The position numbers and the translations under genes were made by a program. Shown here piece after piece: positions 17,236-27,286 of a DNA stretch of 64,000 nucleotides. The stretch is from the IMG/VR virus record IMGVR_UViG_2928595623_000002, positions 8,170-72,169 of that record. One strand, 5' to 3'. The notes beneath the pieces were generated by a model. That model searched no databases and was not told the DNA's origin. It was given only the letters and a program-made list of their open reading frames with translations. The DNA is from a virus (Duplodnaviria > Caudoviricetes). Every line of letters starts with the position of its first letter. The stretch's first letter is position 1.

Positions 17236-18758
17236 CAGACGACAAAAAGACGCCTGAAAGCGAGTCTTCCGATTATAAGAAGATGCAGAGCTATTGGGAG
17301 ATGGTGGAAACCATCCTTGGCGGCACCGCGGCTATGCGTGAAGCTGGCGAGAAGTATCTGCCGAAGTTTCCGCATGAGGCTCGATCAGACTACGACATCA
17401 GACGGCGCACTGCGAAGTTTACGAACATCTTCGCCGATATCGTGGACACGCTCGCTTCCAAGCCGTTCGAGAAGGAAGTATCTGTTCAGAATTCCGGGCC
17501 GGTTGAGCCGTTTCTGGAGGACATTGACGGGCAGGGCAACCATATCCACGTCTGGTCAGCCAATGCGTTTCATGCCGGCGTTGCTGACGCTTTCACATGG
17601 CTCTTTGTCGATTACACCCGCGACGTGCCGCCGGGCGCCACAGTCGCACAAGAGCGGGCAATTGGAGCGCGTCCGTACTGGATTCATCTACCAGCTAGCC
17701 GCGTGAAGGCCGTGTATTCCGAGACTATCGGCGGCAAGGAAACGATTGTTCACGCCCGCATTGAAGAGAATTCACGCGAGCGTGATGGATGGGGCGAACG
17801 CGAGATAGAACGTGTCCGCGTGATTGATCGCGAAGTAGCGCGCAAGGACGATGGCACAGCGATTTCAGCCGGGCCGCCTGTCTGGTCGCTTTACGAAGAG
17901 AGAAAGAACAAAGCGACAAACGAGGAAGAATGGGTTCTGATCGGCCAAGGCCAGTACACGATCAAATACATTCCGCTGTTCGCGTTTGTCACTGGCAAGC
18001 GTGAGGGAAACTCCTGGGTTGTTCGTCCTCCTCTCCAGTCGGCGGCATATCTGCAGATTGAGCATTACCAGCAGGAAAGCGAACTCAAGCACGCTCGGCA
18101 GATGAGCGCATTCCCGATGCTTGCCGGCAATGGCGTAACGCCTCCTGTCGGCGACGACGGCAAGCCTGTTGCGGCCCCGATTGGGCCTATGAGCGTTCTA
18201 TACGCGCCTCCTGACGGTGACGGCAACAGCGGCGAATGGACGTTCATTGAGCCGTCGGCAACGTCGCTTGAGTTTCTGTCTCGCGAGGTTGACAAGACGG
18301 AAGCGCAGTTGCGTGAGCTTGGACGCCAGCCGCTCACGTCTCAGTCAGGCAATATCACGACGATTACAGCCGCATTTGCTGGCGACAAGGCGCACACTGT
18401 CGTTGAGGCTTGGGTGCTTAACTTCAAGGACTTCCTCGAGAACGGTCTTAAGGCAACAGCCGATTGGATCAAGAGCAAGATTGAGCCTGTCGTTGACATC
18501 AACACAGACTTTGCGCTTGCTCTCAAGGAAGACACAGGAATGACGAACGTTGACGCGGCTCGCGAGCGTGGCGACATCAGCCATGAAACGTGGTTCGATG
18601 AGGCTAAGCGTCGCGGCATCATCGGCCCGAACATCACGTTCGAAGATGAGCGCGAACGTATCCTGGCAGAAATGCCCGGCGATCCTACGGACGGCGAAAT
18701 GATTGACGCTGTCACGCCTGACACTGCTCAGCAGCAGCAGGACGCACAATTGCAATAA
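17232..18758 (+). CDS. Portal protein (DUF4055-like)
   Basis: GGTAAMREAGEKYLPKF..E; follows terL. Confidence 0.88.
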   Translation: MTDDKKTPESESSDYKKMQSYWEMVETILGGTAAMREAGEKYLPKFPHEARSDYDIRRRTAKFTNIFADIVDTLASKPFEKEVSVQNSGPVEPFLEDIDGQGNHIHVWSANAFHAGVADAFTWLFVDYTRDVPPGATVAQERAIGARPYWIHLPASRVKAVYSETIGGKETIVHARIEENSRERDGWGEREIERVRVIDREVARKDDGTAISAGPPVWSLYEERKNKATNEEEWVLIGQGQYTIKYIPLFAFVTGKREGNSWVVRPPLQSAAYLQIEHYQQESELKHARQMSAFPMLAGNGVTPPVGDDGKPVAAPIGPMSVLYAPPDGDGNSGEWTFIEPSATSLEFLSREVDKTEAQLRELGRQPLTSQSGNITTITAAFAGDKAHTVVEAWVLNFKDFLENGLKATADWIKSKIEPVVDINTDFALALKEDTGMTNVDAARERGDISHETWFDEAKRRGIIGPNITFEDERERILAEMPGDPTDGEMIDAVTPDTAQQQQDAQLQ

Positions 18759-18891
18759 CTGCACGATCGCGCAACGCGGTCCTTGTTTTCGCGGCAACGC
18801 GGAGACGGCCAACCATGCCTGATTCCGGATGGATAAGGCGAAACGCGGTGGAAACCGCAAACAGTGGGTGGAAGCCCAAAGGAAGACACAG

Positions 18892-19665
18892 ATGAAGCTC
18901 AAGACAATTGAACAGGACGGCAAGGTTTACGCCCTCGTAGAGGACGGAAAGCCGGTCTATACCCACGACGACGGGAAAGACATTCCTTTCGACGCGGCGC
19001 AAGCCATGGGCAAGATCAGCGAATTGCAGCGCGAAGCAAAGACGCATCGCGAAGCAAAGGAAGCAGCAGAAGCCAAGGCCAAGGCATTCGATGGGCTTGA
19101 CCCAGCCGGCGCCCGTGATGCTCTCGACAAGCTGTCCAAGATCGACGCCAAGAAGCTGGTCGAGGCTGGTGATATGGACGCGGCAATCCAGACCGCCCTC
19201 AAGCCAGTGCAGGAACAACTTGCAGCGGCACTGAAGGACAAGGAAGCGCTCACCGGAAGCCTCAATCAGGCTGTGATCGGAAACGCATTTGGCCAGTCGA
19301 AATTCGCGGCGGAAAAGCTTACCCCGGCTGGCGTTGATCTTGTCCGCCTCCAGTTCGGCAACCAGATCAAGGTCGAGGACGGCAAGCCGATCGGCTATGA
19401 CCAGAACGGGCAGAAGATTTATTCCAGATCGCGCCCCGGCGAACTGGCAAGCTTTGACGAGGTTATCGAAACCTTCGTCGAGTCATACGCCTTCAAGGAT
19501 CACATTCTAAAGGGCGTGAACGCAAATGGCGGCGGCGGTCGTCAGTCTTCTGGCGGGAACAGTTCTGGCGAGAAGACAATGACACGCGCCGAATTTGACG
19601 CAATGGACCAGGCAACGCGGTCCGCAAAATTCAAAGAGGGTTATAAGGTAGTGGATGCTGCCTAA
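18892..19665 (+). CDS. Capsid scaffolding protein (DUF6651-like)
   Basis: DGKPVY.HDDGK, coiled coil, MTRAEFDAM C-terminus. Confidence 0.8.
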   Translation: MKLKTIEQDGKVYALVEDGKPVYTHDDGKDIPFDAAQAMGKISELQREAKTHREAKEAAEAKAKAFDGLDPAGARDALDKLSKIDAKKLVEAGDMDAAIQTALKPVQEQLAAALKDKEALTGSLNQAVIGNAFGQSKFAAEKLTPAGVDLVRLQFGNQIKVEDGKPIGYDQNGQKIYSRSRPGELASFDEVIETFVESYAFKDHILKGVNANGGGGRQSSGGNSSGEKTMTRAEFDAMDQATRSAKFKEGYKVVDAA

Positions 19666-19765
19666 GCCTAACTCCTTCTACCGTCCATTCGGAAGATTGG
19701 CGGTGCCTCGGGCTGGATAGCCCAATCCTCCCAAAACATCGCCATTCATTCGAAAGGAAATCCAA

Positions 19766-20911
19766 ATGGCAAACGTACTCAGCAATCTTGCTGCTGACAT
19801 CTACAAGGCAGCGGACATCGTCGGTCGTGAGGCTGTAGGCTTCATCCCGGCTGTTACCATCAATTCCGGCTCTGAGCAGGCTGCACAGGGCGACACCGTT
19901 CGTTCGTTCGCCACCCGCGCCGTGACCGTCAACACTTCGGCGACGCCGTCCATGACCATCCCGGAAGGCGATGATCAGACGATCGACACGAAGACCATGA
20001 CGATCTCGCAGATCGCATCCGTTCGCATCCCGTGGACCGGTGAAGACATCAAGCATGTCAACAACGGCTCCGGGTTCGAGACGATCTACGGCGACCAGAT
20101 CAAGCAGGCGTTTCGCGGCATCGTGAACACCATTGAAAATCATGTCGCTACTGTCGCGTATCAGAACGCATCGCGTGCATTCGGCACGGCTGGCACGACG
20201 CCGTTCGGTTCCAACTTCGATGAAGTCGCCGAAATGCGTCAGATCCTCGTTGACAACGGCATCCCGATGGATGGCCGCGTGTCTCTCGTGGTGAATACTT
20301 CCGCCGGCACCAACCTTCGCCAGCTCGCGCAGTTGCAGAAGGTCAACGAAGCAGGCGGCGCCGAAATGCTCCGCAATGGCACGCTGCTTGACCTGCAGGG
20401 CTTCATGCTCAAGGAAAGCGCGCAGGTCATCGCTCACACCAAGGGCACCGGCACCAGCTACCAGTCGAACAACGCTTCCGGTTATGCTGTCGGTGACAAG
20501 ACGGTCGCACTCGACACCGGCTCTGGCACTGTTCTTGCTGGCGATGTTGTCACCTTCACTGGCGACACCAACAAGTACGTGGTCAACACGGCCCTTTCTG
20601 GTGGCTCGCTTGCGATCGGCGCTCCTGGTCTTCGTGCGGCCCTCGCAGACAACATTGCAATGACGATTGGCAACAACTATCGCGCCAACATCGCACTGCA
20701 TCAGTCGGCCGTCGAGCTTGCCATGCGCCCGCTTGCAAAGCCGCAGGGCGGCGACGCCGCGGTCGATGAAATGATCGTGCAAGATCCGTTCTCGGGCCTC
20801 GTGTTCCGCATCTCTGCCTATAAGGGCTATAACAAGGCGATGTTTGACGTCACCTGCCTTTATCAGGCGAAGGCATGGAACCCGCACGCCATTGCAACGC
20901 TGCTTGGCTAA
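19766..20911 (+). CDS. Major capsid protein (P22 coat family-like)
   Basis: Strong RBS, biased codon usage, position after scaffold. Confidence 0.88.
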   Translation: MANVLSNLAADIYKAADIVGREAVGFIPAVTINSGSEQAAQGDTVRSFATRAVTVNTSATPSMTIPEGDDQTIDTKTMTISQIASVRIPWTGEDIKHVNNGSGFETIYGDQIKQAFRGIVNTIENHVATVAYQNASRAFGTAGTTPFGSNFDEVAEMRQILVDNGIPMDGRVSLVVNTSAGTNLRQLAQLQKVNEAGGAEMLRNGTLLDLQGFMLKESAQVIAHTKGTGTSYQSNNASGYAVGDKTVALDTGSGTVLAGDVVTFTGDTNKYVVNTALSGGSLAIGAPGLRAALADNIAMTIGNNYRANIALHQSAVELAMRPLAKPQGGDAAVDEMIVQDPFSGLVFRISAYKGYNKAMFDVTCLYQAKAWNPHAIATLLG

Positions 20912-20920
20912 CCAACTACA

Positions 20921-20942
20921 GGGGCGGGGAAACTCGCCCCTT
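20921..20942 (+). terminator. Hairpin after major capsid gene
   Basis: GGGGCGGG-GAAA-CTCGCCCC-TT. Confidence 0.55.
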
Positions 20943-20959
20943 AACCACACGGGTGAACC

Positions 20960-21202
20960 ATGACTATTCGAATGATCAGGCATGACGACGGCAAGACCGG
21001 CGATATTCACCCTGACGAAGTAGAGAACATGAAGAAATTCGGCTGGGTTGTCGATGATGCTGCAGAGCAAGACGACATCAGCCTATCAGACACCGAACTT
21101 CGAGACGCCATCGAAAAGGCAACCGGTGTTCGACCGCATCACAAGACAGGCCGCGATAAGCTCCTGAAGGCATACAGCGAATTGAATGCACAGGAGGCGT
21201 GA
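20960..21202 (+). CDS. Head accessory protein
   Basis: DIHPDEVENMK..GW; HHKTG..KL. Confidence 0.55.
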   Translation: MTIRMIRHDDGKTGDIHPDEVENMKKFGWVVDDAAEQDDISLSDTELRDAIEKATGVRPHHKTGRDKLLKAYSELNAQEA

Positions 21203-21465
21203 TGGCTGGCGGCAACGTCTACACGCTTTTTGGTGAAAACCCTCCAGAGCTTGGTGAGCCGAACCAGCCATTGATAAAGGCGATCACAAACCTTCTCGAA
21301 ATGGCGAAGACAGGACGGCTTCAAAGCTTTGTTGGAACTGGCTTTACCCACGAGGGCAACCGTCTATCATTGTGGTGTGACACGCACCCCGACATTTATC
21401 AAATGCTTGGCTCTATCGCCTGGCTTGAGCACGAGTATGTTGAACGGCAAACCAAGGCGGATTGA
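21199..21465 (+). CDS. Hypothetical protein
   Basis: Coupled ORF. Confidence 0.55.
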   Translation: MMAGGNVYTLFGENPPELGEPNQPLIKAITNLLEMAKTGRLQSFVGTGFTHEGNRLSLWCDTHPDIYQMLGSIAWLEHEYVERQTKAD

Positions 21466-21467
21466 CC

Positions 21468-21995
21468 ATGGCCCTTACAGTCGAAACAGGAACCGGCCTG
21501 TCTGACGCGGACGCGCTTATCACGCTCGCATTTTCCGACGCGTATCATAGCGCGATCGGCAACAGCACTTGGACCGGCACGGACGCGCTCAAGGAAGCCG
21601 CAATCCGCCGCGCTACGGCGTTCATCAGCAATTCTTTCACATGGCAGGGCCTCCGCACCCGAGGACGTTCGCAGGCGCTCCAGTGGCCGCGTTCTGGCGT
21701 TATCGACGCGGAAGGTTACGGCATCAACTCCGACGAGATCCCGATCGAAATTCAGAACGCCGTCGCAGAGATCGCATTGCGTGAGCTTGTGGATCCTGGT
21801 GCTATGAACCCTGACTTCAAGGCTTCCGAACTGGTCAAGCGCGAAAAGGTCGGCCCGCTTGAAACAGAATACGCGCTTAGCAACACGTCCGCAGATGCGC
21901 AAAGGCCTGTGCTGTTGGCGGTGCGCGATATGGTATCGCAGTTTCTGTTGTCTGGCACGTCTAGCCCGATCATTGGCCGGAGCGTTCGGGTCTGA
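21468..21995 (+). CDS. Head-tail adaptor (DnaT-like family)
   Basis: VETGTG..DA, QALQWPR, REKVGPLETEY. Confidence 0.8.
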   Translation: MALTVETGTGLSDADALITLAFSDAYHSAIGNSTWTGTDALKEAAIRRATAFISNSFTWQGLRTRGRSQALQWPRSGVIDAEGYGINSDEIPIEIQNAVAEIALRELVDPGAMNPDFKASELVKREKVGPLETEYALSNTSADAQRPVLLAVRDMVSQFLLSGTSSPIIGRSVRV

Positions 21996-22360
21996 TGGCT
22001 TTTGATTACGCCAAATCACGCGCAACGGCTGAAAGGCTTATAGGGCGCTTTGGGCAAGCAGGCGCTATCAAGCGAACGACGGATTCTGGCCCGGCGTACG
22101 GACCGGCCTATGACCCTACAGTGACGACAACGAACTATGCATGCACGCTTGTCGTCATTGATATCGCACTCGACAAGATCGACGGAACGCTGATCGAAGC
22201 CACCGATAAAATGGCCTATGTCTCCACCTCTGGGCTTGCCATAGACATCACGACGGCTGATTTCATCGAGGTCGGTGGAGTTGAGCATGCAATCAAGATA
22301 GTCCGTCCGCTTAACCCGGCTGGAACAGTCGTGTTATGGGAAGTGGTGTTCACCGTATGA
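21995..22360 (+). CDS. Head closure protein
   Basis: FDY...RATA.RLI..FG; PLNPAG. Confidence 0.7.
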   Translation: MAFDYAKSRATAERLIGRFGQAGAIKRTTDSGPAYGPAYDPTVTTTNYACTLVVIDIALDKIDGTLIEATDKMAYVSTSGLAIDITTADFIEVGGVEHAIKIVRPLNPAGTVVLWEVVFTV

Positions 22361-22482
22361 ACGACAACAGGCCGCCACGCTCGACAGTTCGCCTCATGGT
22401 TCGCGGCTCGATGATCGCTTTCGTGGTTGGCGCGTTCGCCCGCTATGGCTGGGAATCGACTGGCTGGATGATCGGGTGAAGT

Positions 22483-23532
22483 ATGGACTTTGACGAATTG
22501 CTTGAACGCTATGAGCCACGGCTTGCGGCGGCGTTTCGCGAGTGCATCGAAGCGATCAAGTCCGCTATTGTGCTCAAGGCTGTCGTCGAGAGGCTGCAGC
22601 GTGGTGATATCTACGGAGCAATCAAGGCAATCCAGATCGAGTCGGAAGTTTTCTCTGCGCTTGAGATCGCCCTGCAAGAGGCATTCAATGCCGGCGGGGT
22701 TAGCATGGTTGAAAGCCTGCCAAAGCTGGTCGCACCCGATGGAACGCGCGTCCTGTTTCAGTTCGGCGTCCGGAACCTTGAGGCTGAGGCGCTTCTTCGG
22801 TCGCAATCGTCAGGGCTTGTAACAAGGATCACAGACGATCAACGAGAGGCGCTGCGCATCGCATTCGAAAGCGGTCTATCGCGTGGGCAGAACCCTACCG
22901 CAACGGCGCTTGAGGTCGTCGGTCGCATCAGCCGTGTGACCGGGCGGCGGGAAGGGGGCTTGATTGGGCTTACATCGCGCCAGGTTGAGTTCATCAGCCG
23001 CGCACGCGAAAGTCTGCTGGCTGGCGACGTCGATGGAATGCGCCGCTATCTCGAATTGAAGACACGAGACCGGCGGTTTGATCGAACCGTTGCCAAAGCG
23101 ATCCGCGATGGGAAACCGGTGCCACCGGATATGGTGGCGAAGCTCATTGCGAGGCTATCCGACAGAAACCTTCTCTTGCGCGGACAGACAATTGCGTTGG
23201 AGGAGACCCGCACCGCACTCTTCACCGTCCGCGACAATGCAATCCGTCAGCAGATCCAGGCCGGAAAGATCGCTGCGCAGGACGTGACAAAGCACTGGCA
23301 GCATTCTGGATCGGAGCATCCGCGTTTGCAGCACATTGAGATGGCTGCCCGCTACAAAGCAGAAGGCGTGCCGCTTGATCAACCATTCATCGCCGCCGAT
23401 GGAACCCCTCTCATGTATCCGCATGACCCAAAGGCTCCGGCGAGGCATACGATAGGTTGCAGGTGCCGCATGAGCTATGACATCGATTATGTCGCCGCTG
23501 GGCTTCGCAAGTATCGTGCTAGGACAGCCTAA
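22483..23532 (+). CDS. Minor head morphogenesis protein (Mu gpF-like)
   Basis: C-terminal YPHDP...IGCRC. Confidence 0.75.
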   Translation: MDFDELLERYEPRLAAAFRECIEAIKSAIVLKAVVERLQRGDIYGAIKAIQIESEVFSALEIALQEAFNAGGVSMVESLPKLVAPDGTRVLFQFGVRNLEAEALLRSQSSGLVTRITDDQREALRIAFESGLSRGQNPTATALEVVGRISRVTGRREGGLIGLTSRQVEFISRARESLLAGDVDGMRRYLELKTRDRRFDRTVAKAIRDGKPVPPDMVAKLIARLSDRNLLLRGQTIALEETRTALFTVRDNAIRQQIQAGKIAAQDVTKHWQHSGSEHPRLQHIEMAARYKAEGVPLDQPFIAADGTPLMYPHDPKAPARHTIGCRCRMSYDIDYVAAGLRKYRARTA

Positions 23533-23978
23533 TGGCATCGCTTTCTTTCGCCGCTGCAGTCGCTGGATGGGCTGAGAAGGTGCCGGAGGCGATCGAGGCT
23601 GTTCGAAATGAGAGTGCAAAGGAAGTCGTTCGCGATATGCAGACGCTCCGGTCGGAAGGCGGGCGCATGCGGTTCGACACCGGTTTTCTCTGGTCGTCTC
23701 TCATGGCAAGCACATCGTCTATGCCGAGCATCAATGCCAGCGCACGCCCTGCCGATGGCGGTAGCTATTCCTTCGACTTCGGACAGGTGGAAGCAGTCAT
23801 TGCCGGGTCATCTCTCGATGACACGCTCTATTTCGGTTACACGGCATCCTATGCCGCATATCGCGAATATGGGGCCAACGGGCAGCCAGCCGATGGGTTT
23901 GTACGCCTAGCGGCCATGAATTGGCCGGATATCGTCAATCGGAATGCGAAGAAGGTGAAACAGGCTTTTGGTCTATGA
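23532..23978 (+). CDS. HK97 gp10-like tail completion protein
   Basis: DTGFLWSS, YA..REYG. Confidence 0.7.
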   Translation: MASLSFAAAVAGWAEKVPEAIEAVRNESAKEVVRDMQTLRSEGGRMRFDTGFLWSSLMASTSSMPSINASARPADGGSYSFDFGQVEAVIAGSSLDDTLYFGYTASYAAYREYGANGQPADGFVRLAAMNWPDIVNRNAKKVKQAFGL

Positions 23979-24168
23979 TGGCTTTATTGCCGTCGCTTCC
24001 TTCTTCCGCCGCCATAAGAAGGCCGATAGCAAGAAGCAATAGCGCCTTGTCTGCAGCGCGAATGGCTGTTTCTGCCCGTTTTGTGATGCCGCTCTTTTGG
24101 GACAACAACTCACGGGCTTGAAGAAGGGCGTCATGGGCCTCGTTGTCGGTGAGAAGTTTTTTGGACAT
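23935..24168 (-). CDS. Small antisense-oriented hypothetical protein
   Basis: Fills gap between tail genes; MSKKLLTDNEAHD... Confidence 0.4.
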   Translation of the reverse strand: MSKKLLTDNEAHDALLQARELLSQKSGITKRAETAIRAADKALLLLAIGLLMAAEEGSDGNKAIIDQKPVSPSSHSD

Positions 24169-24181
24169 GAGGCATTGATAT

Positions 24182-24607
24182 ATGGCGACCGGTGCTGACG
24201 CAATCATCCTTTCTGCCTTGCTTGAACATCTCGGCACGTTGACGTTCACGCCTGCTTTGCAGATCGCAATGCCTGGTATCGACTTCCCAGCTGCCGGCCA
24301 AGCCAAACCGGGCAACTACCTACAGGCGTCATTCCTGCCGAACGACACGACCAACACCGAACTTGGGGCAGGGCAGGAGCAGCACCGCGGGATCATGCAG
24401 GTGTCCGTTTACTGGAAGAATGGTGTCGGACTCATCAAGCCGCTGGAAGCCGCCGACCGTATCATCGACCACTTCGCCAAAGAGACGAAGCTCTACAAGG
24501 ATGGGCTCAAGATTGTGATCGATCGCAAGCCCTATGCAGCCCCACCGCTGCAGGAAACTGACCGTGTGCATGTGCCTGTCACGGTTCGATATCACGCTTT
24601 CTCTTGA
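24182..24607 (+). CDS. Tail terminator (DUF4128-like)
   Basis: GIMQVSV, IIDHF, VPVTVRY. Confidence 0.75.
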   Translation: MATGADAIILSALLEHLGTLTFTPALQIAMPGIDFPAAGQAKPGNYLQASFLPNDTTNTELGAGQEQHRGIMQVSVYWKNGVGLIKPLEAADRIIDHFAKETKLYKDGLKIVIDRKPYAAPPLQETDRVHVPVTVRYHAFS

Positions 24608-24625
24608 CATAGAAAGGAGCCTACC

Positions 24626-25114
24626 ATGGCTGGCATCAAGACGACCCTCGCGGGCGCGAAAGTATCCATCAGCACCACTGCCGTGACGCTGCCGCTCAAT
24701 GCCGCTGGCTTCGCGGCTCTGACCTATTCGGAAATTGGTTCCGTCGGGAACCTCGGCGATTACGGCGCCGCGCCGAATATGATCTCCTATAACACGCTTG
24801 CAACGCAGGTCACGTCGAAGGCCAAGGGCGTCGAGGATGCCGGCGAACTGTCCATCGAGGTCGCCCGCATTTTTGACGATGTTGGCCAGATCGCGATCCG
24901 GGCAGCCGGCGCCACCAAGCATATCTATGCGATCAAGATCGAATATGACGATGCGCCGACGGAAGACTGGTCGAATACGATCATGTATGCAGCCGGCCCC
25001 GTTTCCGGCCCGCAGATGCTTGGCGGCTCCACCGACGATTTCATCCGTGAATCCTACACGGTGGCATTCACTGATCAGCGGCCGATTTACGTCGCCCCTG
25101 TCGAAACTCCGTGA
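24626..25114 (+). CDS. Major tail tube protein
   Basis: Strong RBS; KAKGVEDAG, D.GQ; position. Confidence 0.75.
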   Translation: MAGIKTTLAGAKVSISTTAVTLPLNAAGFAALTYSEIGSVGNLGDYGAAPNMISYNTLATQVTSKAKGVEDAGELSIEVARIFDDVGQIAIRAAGATKHIYAIKIEYDDAPTEDWSNTIMYAAGPVSGPQMLGGSTDDFIRESYTVAFTDQRPIYVAPVETP

Positions 25115-25123
25115 GGCTGACGC

Positions 25124-25510
25124 ATGGATCTCCTTTCAATCACCCCGAACACAACGTTCCTCGCTCTCAAGCACCCGGCGACCGGTGAAGATATCGGCGT
25201 CACGGTCGAGTTGCGCAGCCTTGAAAGCGATGAGGTCAAGGCCGTCGAGCGCATGATCAAGAACAAGGCGCTCAAGGGCGGACGCAACACAGTCACCGCC
25301 GAAAAGATCGATGACAACGCGGCGGCTATTCTTTCCGCAGCGATCGTGTCGTGGAGCTTCTCCGGCGATGCCAACCTTGGCGGCGACAAGAACCCGGCCT
25401 GCAATGATGCGAACAAGCGCAAACTGCTGTCCGTGCCGCCGATCGCCAAGCAGATTGATCAGGCGCTCGGAGACGAAACCGCTTTTTTCGCATCCTCGGC
25501 GAACGGCTAA
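25124..25510 (+). CDS. Tail assembly chaperone (gpG-like)
   Basis: LKHPATG motif; slippery T TTT TTC at 25483-25489. Confidence 0.8.
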   Translation: MDLLSITPNTTFLALKHPATGEDIGVTVELRSLESDEVKAVERMIKNKALKGGRNTVTAEKIDDNAAAILSAAIVSWSFSGDANLGGDKNPACNDANKRKLLSVPPIAKQIDQALGDETAFFASSANG

Positions 25511-25896
25511 GCGAAGCCGTCGCCGTTGCGGTCGAATGGAACACGCCAGGCTATGAACTTGATCGCGGTCGGGCGGGGAAAGACACGGTCTCGAAGCGCG
25601 AAATGTACGAGCGCTTCGGGCGCGACGATCTGATCCAGACGCCGGATATACCTGAAGAAGGCGAAAGCCTTTGGTCTGCATTCTGGGCGCTAAACAGACG
25701 CCGTCAGCATGGAATGAATGGACCGCAGCCTTTGACCTATTCCGAGATCGGATTTTGGTCACGCCTCACAGGAGAAATCCTCCTGCGAGACGAAATTACA
25801 ATCATCATAGAAATGGATGACGCCTATATCGTCGCTCTTGAAAAGGAGCGAGACGCACAGCGCGTTGCCAACAAGCGTCCGGGCGATCGGGATTAG
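25483..25896 (+). CDS. gpT-like -1 frameshift extension of tail chaperone
   Basis: The -1 frame is open from the slippery site through the 25603-25896 ORF. Confidence 0.7.
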   Translation, partial: FFRILGERLSEAVAVAVEWNTPGYELDRGRAGKDTVSKREMYERFGRDDLIQTPDIPEEGESLWSAFWALNRRRQHGMNGPQPLTYSEIGFWSRLTGEILLRDEITIIIEMDDAYIVALEKERDAQRVANKRPGDRD

Positions 25897-25926
25897 TGAA
25901 AACCATGGCTGCTTCTTGCTGGGTGA

Positions 25927-26331
25927 TCAACTTTTTAGCCCTGAGGTAATAGCGGCCATCTTCGCCTCCAATTCCTTACGTAGGTCTTCCCGATGAGTGA
26001 CATCAACTTGGCCAGGGCTAAGAGGATTGCCGAACGTCGCGATGATGCGTGGGGATATCTTGGTAGGGTTGTCGCCGGTAATCGCAAACTGGTAGAATAT
26101 CTTCAAGTTGTTGGAGAAGACCATTTCTCCGGGCGTTTGATATCGCTCCACCAGCAACGTGAAATCGCTATCGGTATTGATCCTGTATTTTGCGTCAGAA
26201 AATCCGGCGACAAGCGCCTCTCTCGTTTCAAGCCGACTGGCCGGGACGGTATACTCCAACGGCTCATAGTTAAGCGTCGTGCACCCACAAAGCAGCGTCA
26301 AAAGCGCGGCTACAAAAAGTCCGATTTTCAT
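25927..26331 (-). CDS. Moron lipoprotein
   Basis: Signal peptide with lipobox LCG-C. Confidence 0.7.
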   Translation of the reverse strand: MKIGLFVAALLTLLCGCTTLNYEPLEYTVPASRLETREALVAGFSDAKYRINTDSDFTLLVERYQTPGEMVFSNNLKIFYQFAITGDNPTKISPRIIATFGNPLSPGQVDVTHREDLRKELEAKMAAITSGLKS

Positions 26332-26450
26332 GATTGCCCCCCAATACGATCAGAGCAATCAAGCAAAACTCGGAGAGGTTGTCCAGTTAGTCTTTCAAGT
26401 AGCCGTGGCCAATCAGCCAGTCGCGGAGGATGCGGCGGATCGCTTCGGAA

Positions 26451-26996
26451 TTACGGTGAGGCATTTCGTCTCCGTGTATCAGCGGTTTGCTTCATGCTGC
26501 CTTTTACATAGGCTATCCATTTGTCATCGGGTTCGAACGGTACCTTCCCTCGATCAATGTCACGCTGACGAAGTTCATCCACCCAAGGCTTTAAATCATC
26601 AGAAAGTAAATCGTACACGGAGGTTTCAGTCGCAAGACCTAGGCGGTCTTGAATGCGTCTTATCATTGCGCTCGTCGTATATTCATCGCCAGCCGAAATG
26701 CAGGAGCTTATGGCGAGAGACGGGAATGGCTTGGCTTCGCTGCCGGTCGCTTTGGATACTGCTGCAAGTGCCTGATCGAAGGTAATGTTAAACCATTCGC
26801 CCATGATACGAAAACTGTGAAGACTGGAAAGCGCGCGGCGTTCGGCAATTGTCGCATCATCGCAGGGGAATATAGCCTCTCCAACCAACGGATACCCTGA
26901 GTGGCCTTGGTGCTGGCGCAATCGTCTTATGGGGTCGTTTGCCCTTCCAACCTTCCGCCATCCGAGAGGGTGGGCGATTATGTAGAGATAACTCAC
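26451..26996 (-). CDS. GIY-YIG/T5orf172-like nuclease domain protein
   Basis: YLYII...KVGRANDP.RRL..HQ; GEWF. Confidence 0.75.
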   Translation of the reverse strand: MSYLYIIAHPLGWRKVGRANDPIRRLRQHQGHSGYPLVGEAIFPCDDATIAERRALSSLHSFRIMGEWFNITFDQALAAVSKATGSEAKPFPSLAISSCISAGDEYTTSAMIRRIQDRLGLATETSVYDLLSDDLKPWVDELRQRDIDRGKVPFEPDDKWIAYVKGSMKQTADTRRRNASP

Positions 26997-27145
26997 TTTG
27001 GCAGGTATCCTTTTTCTTTGAGGTTTGCTGTCAGGAGTCTTTCGACGTAGGAGGCCAGGGACCGATCATCATCGGCTGCCGCTTTCTCAGCGGCGGCTTT
27101 CACTTGATCTGGCACCCGAACTGAAATTGCAGAAGTTTTTGCCAT
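26993..27145 (-). CDS. Arc/CopG-like ribbon-helix-helix repressor (50 aa)
   Basis: MAKTSAISVRVPDQVKAAAEKAA..DDRSLASYVERLL. Confidence 0.75.
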   Translation of the reverse strand: MAKTSAISVRVPDQVKAAAEKAAADDDRSLASYVERLLTANLKEKGYLPK

Positions 27146-27153
27146 GTGTTCAC

Positions 27154-27210
27154 TTGTGTGCAGTTGACATTCAAATAGAATGAGTTCATATTAAACACAG
27201 TTGCACACAA
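27154..27210 (+). promoter_or_regulatory. Promoter (TTGACA-N17-CATATT) flanked by inverted repeat TTGTGTGCA/TGCACACAA
   Basis: Seen directly between divergent RHH gene and antirepressor operon. Confidence 0.6.
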
Positions 27211-27286
27211 ATGCAACGGGCCGATACAAGAGTTCGCACCTCTCGACCGGCCCTAACCGAAACGAGGATCTTAGGAGGATCATCGA

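Noticed and set aside
19631-21070. Long antisense ORFs (also 33429-34574, 35019-36212, 36246-38009, 51262-52605)
   Set aside because: Shadow frames of GC-biased structural genes
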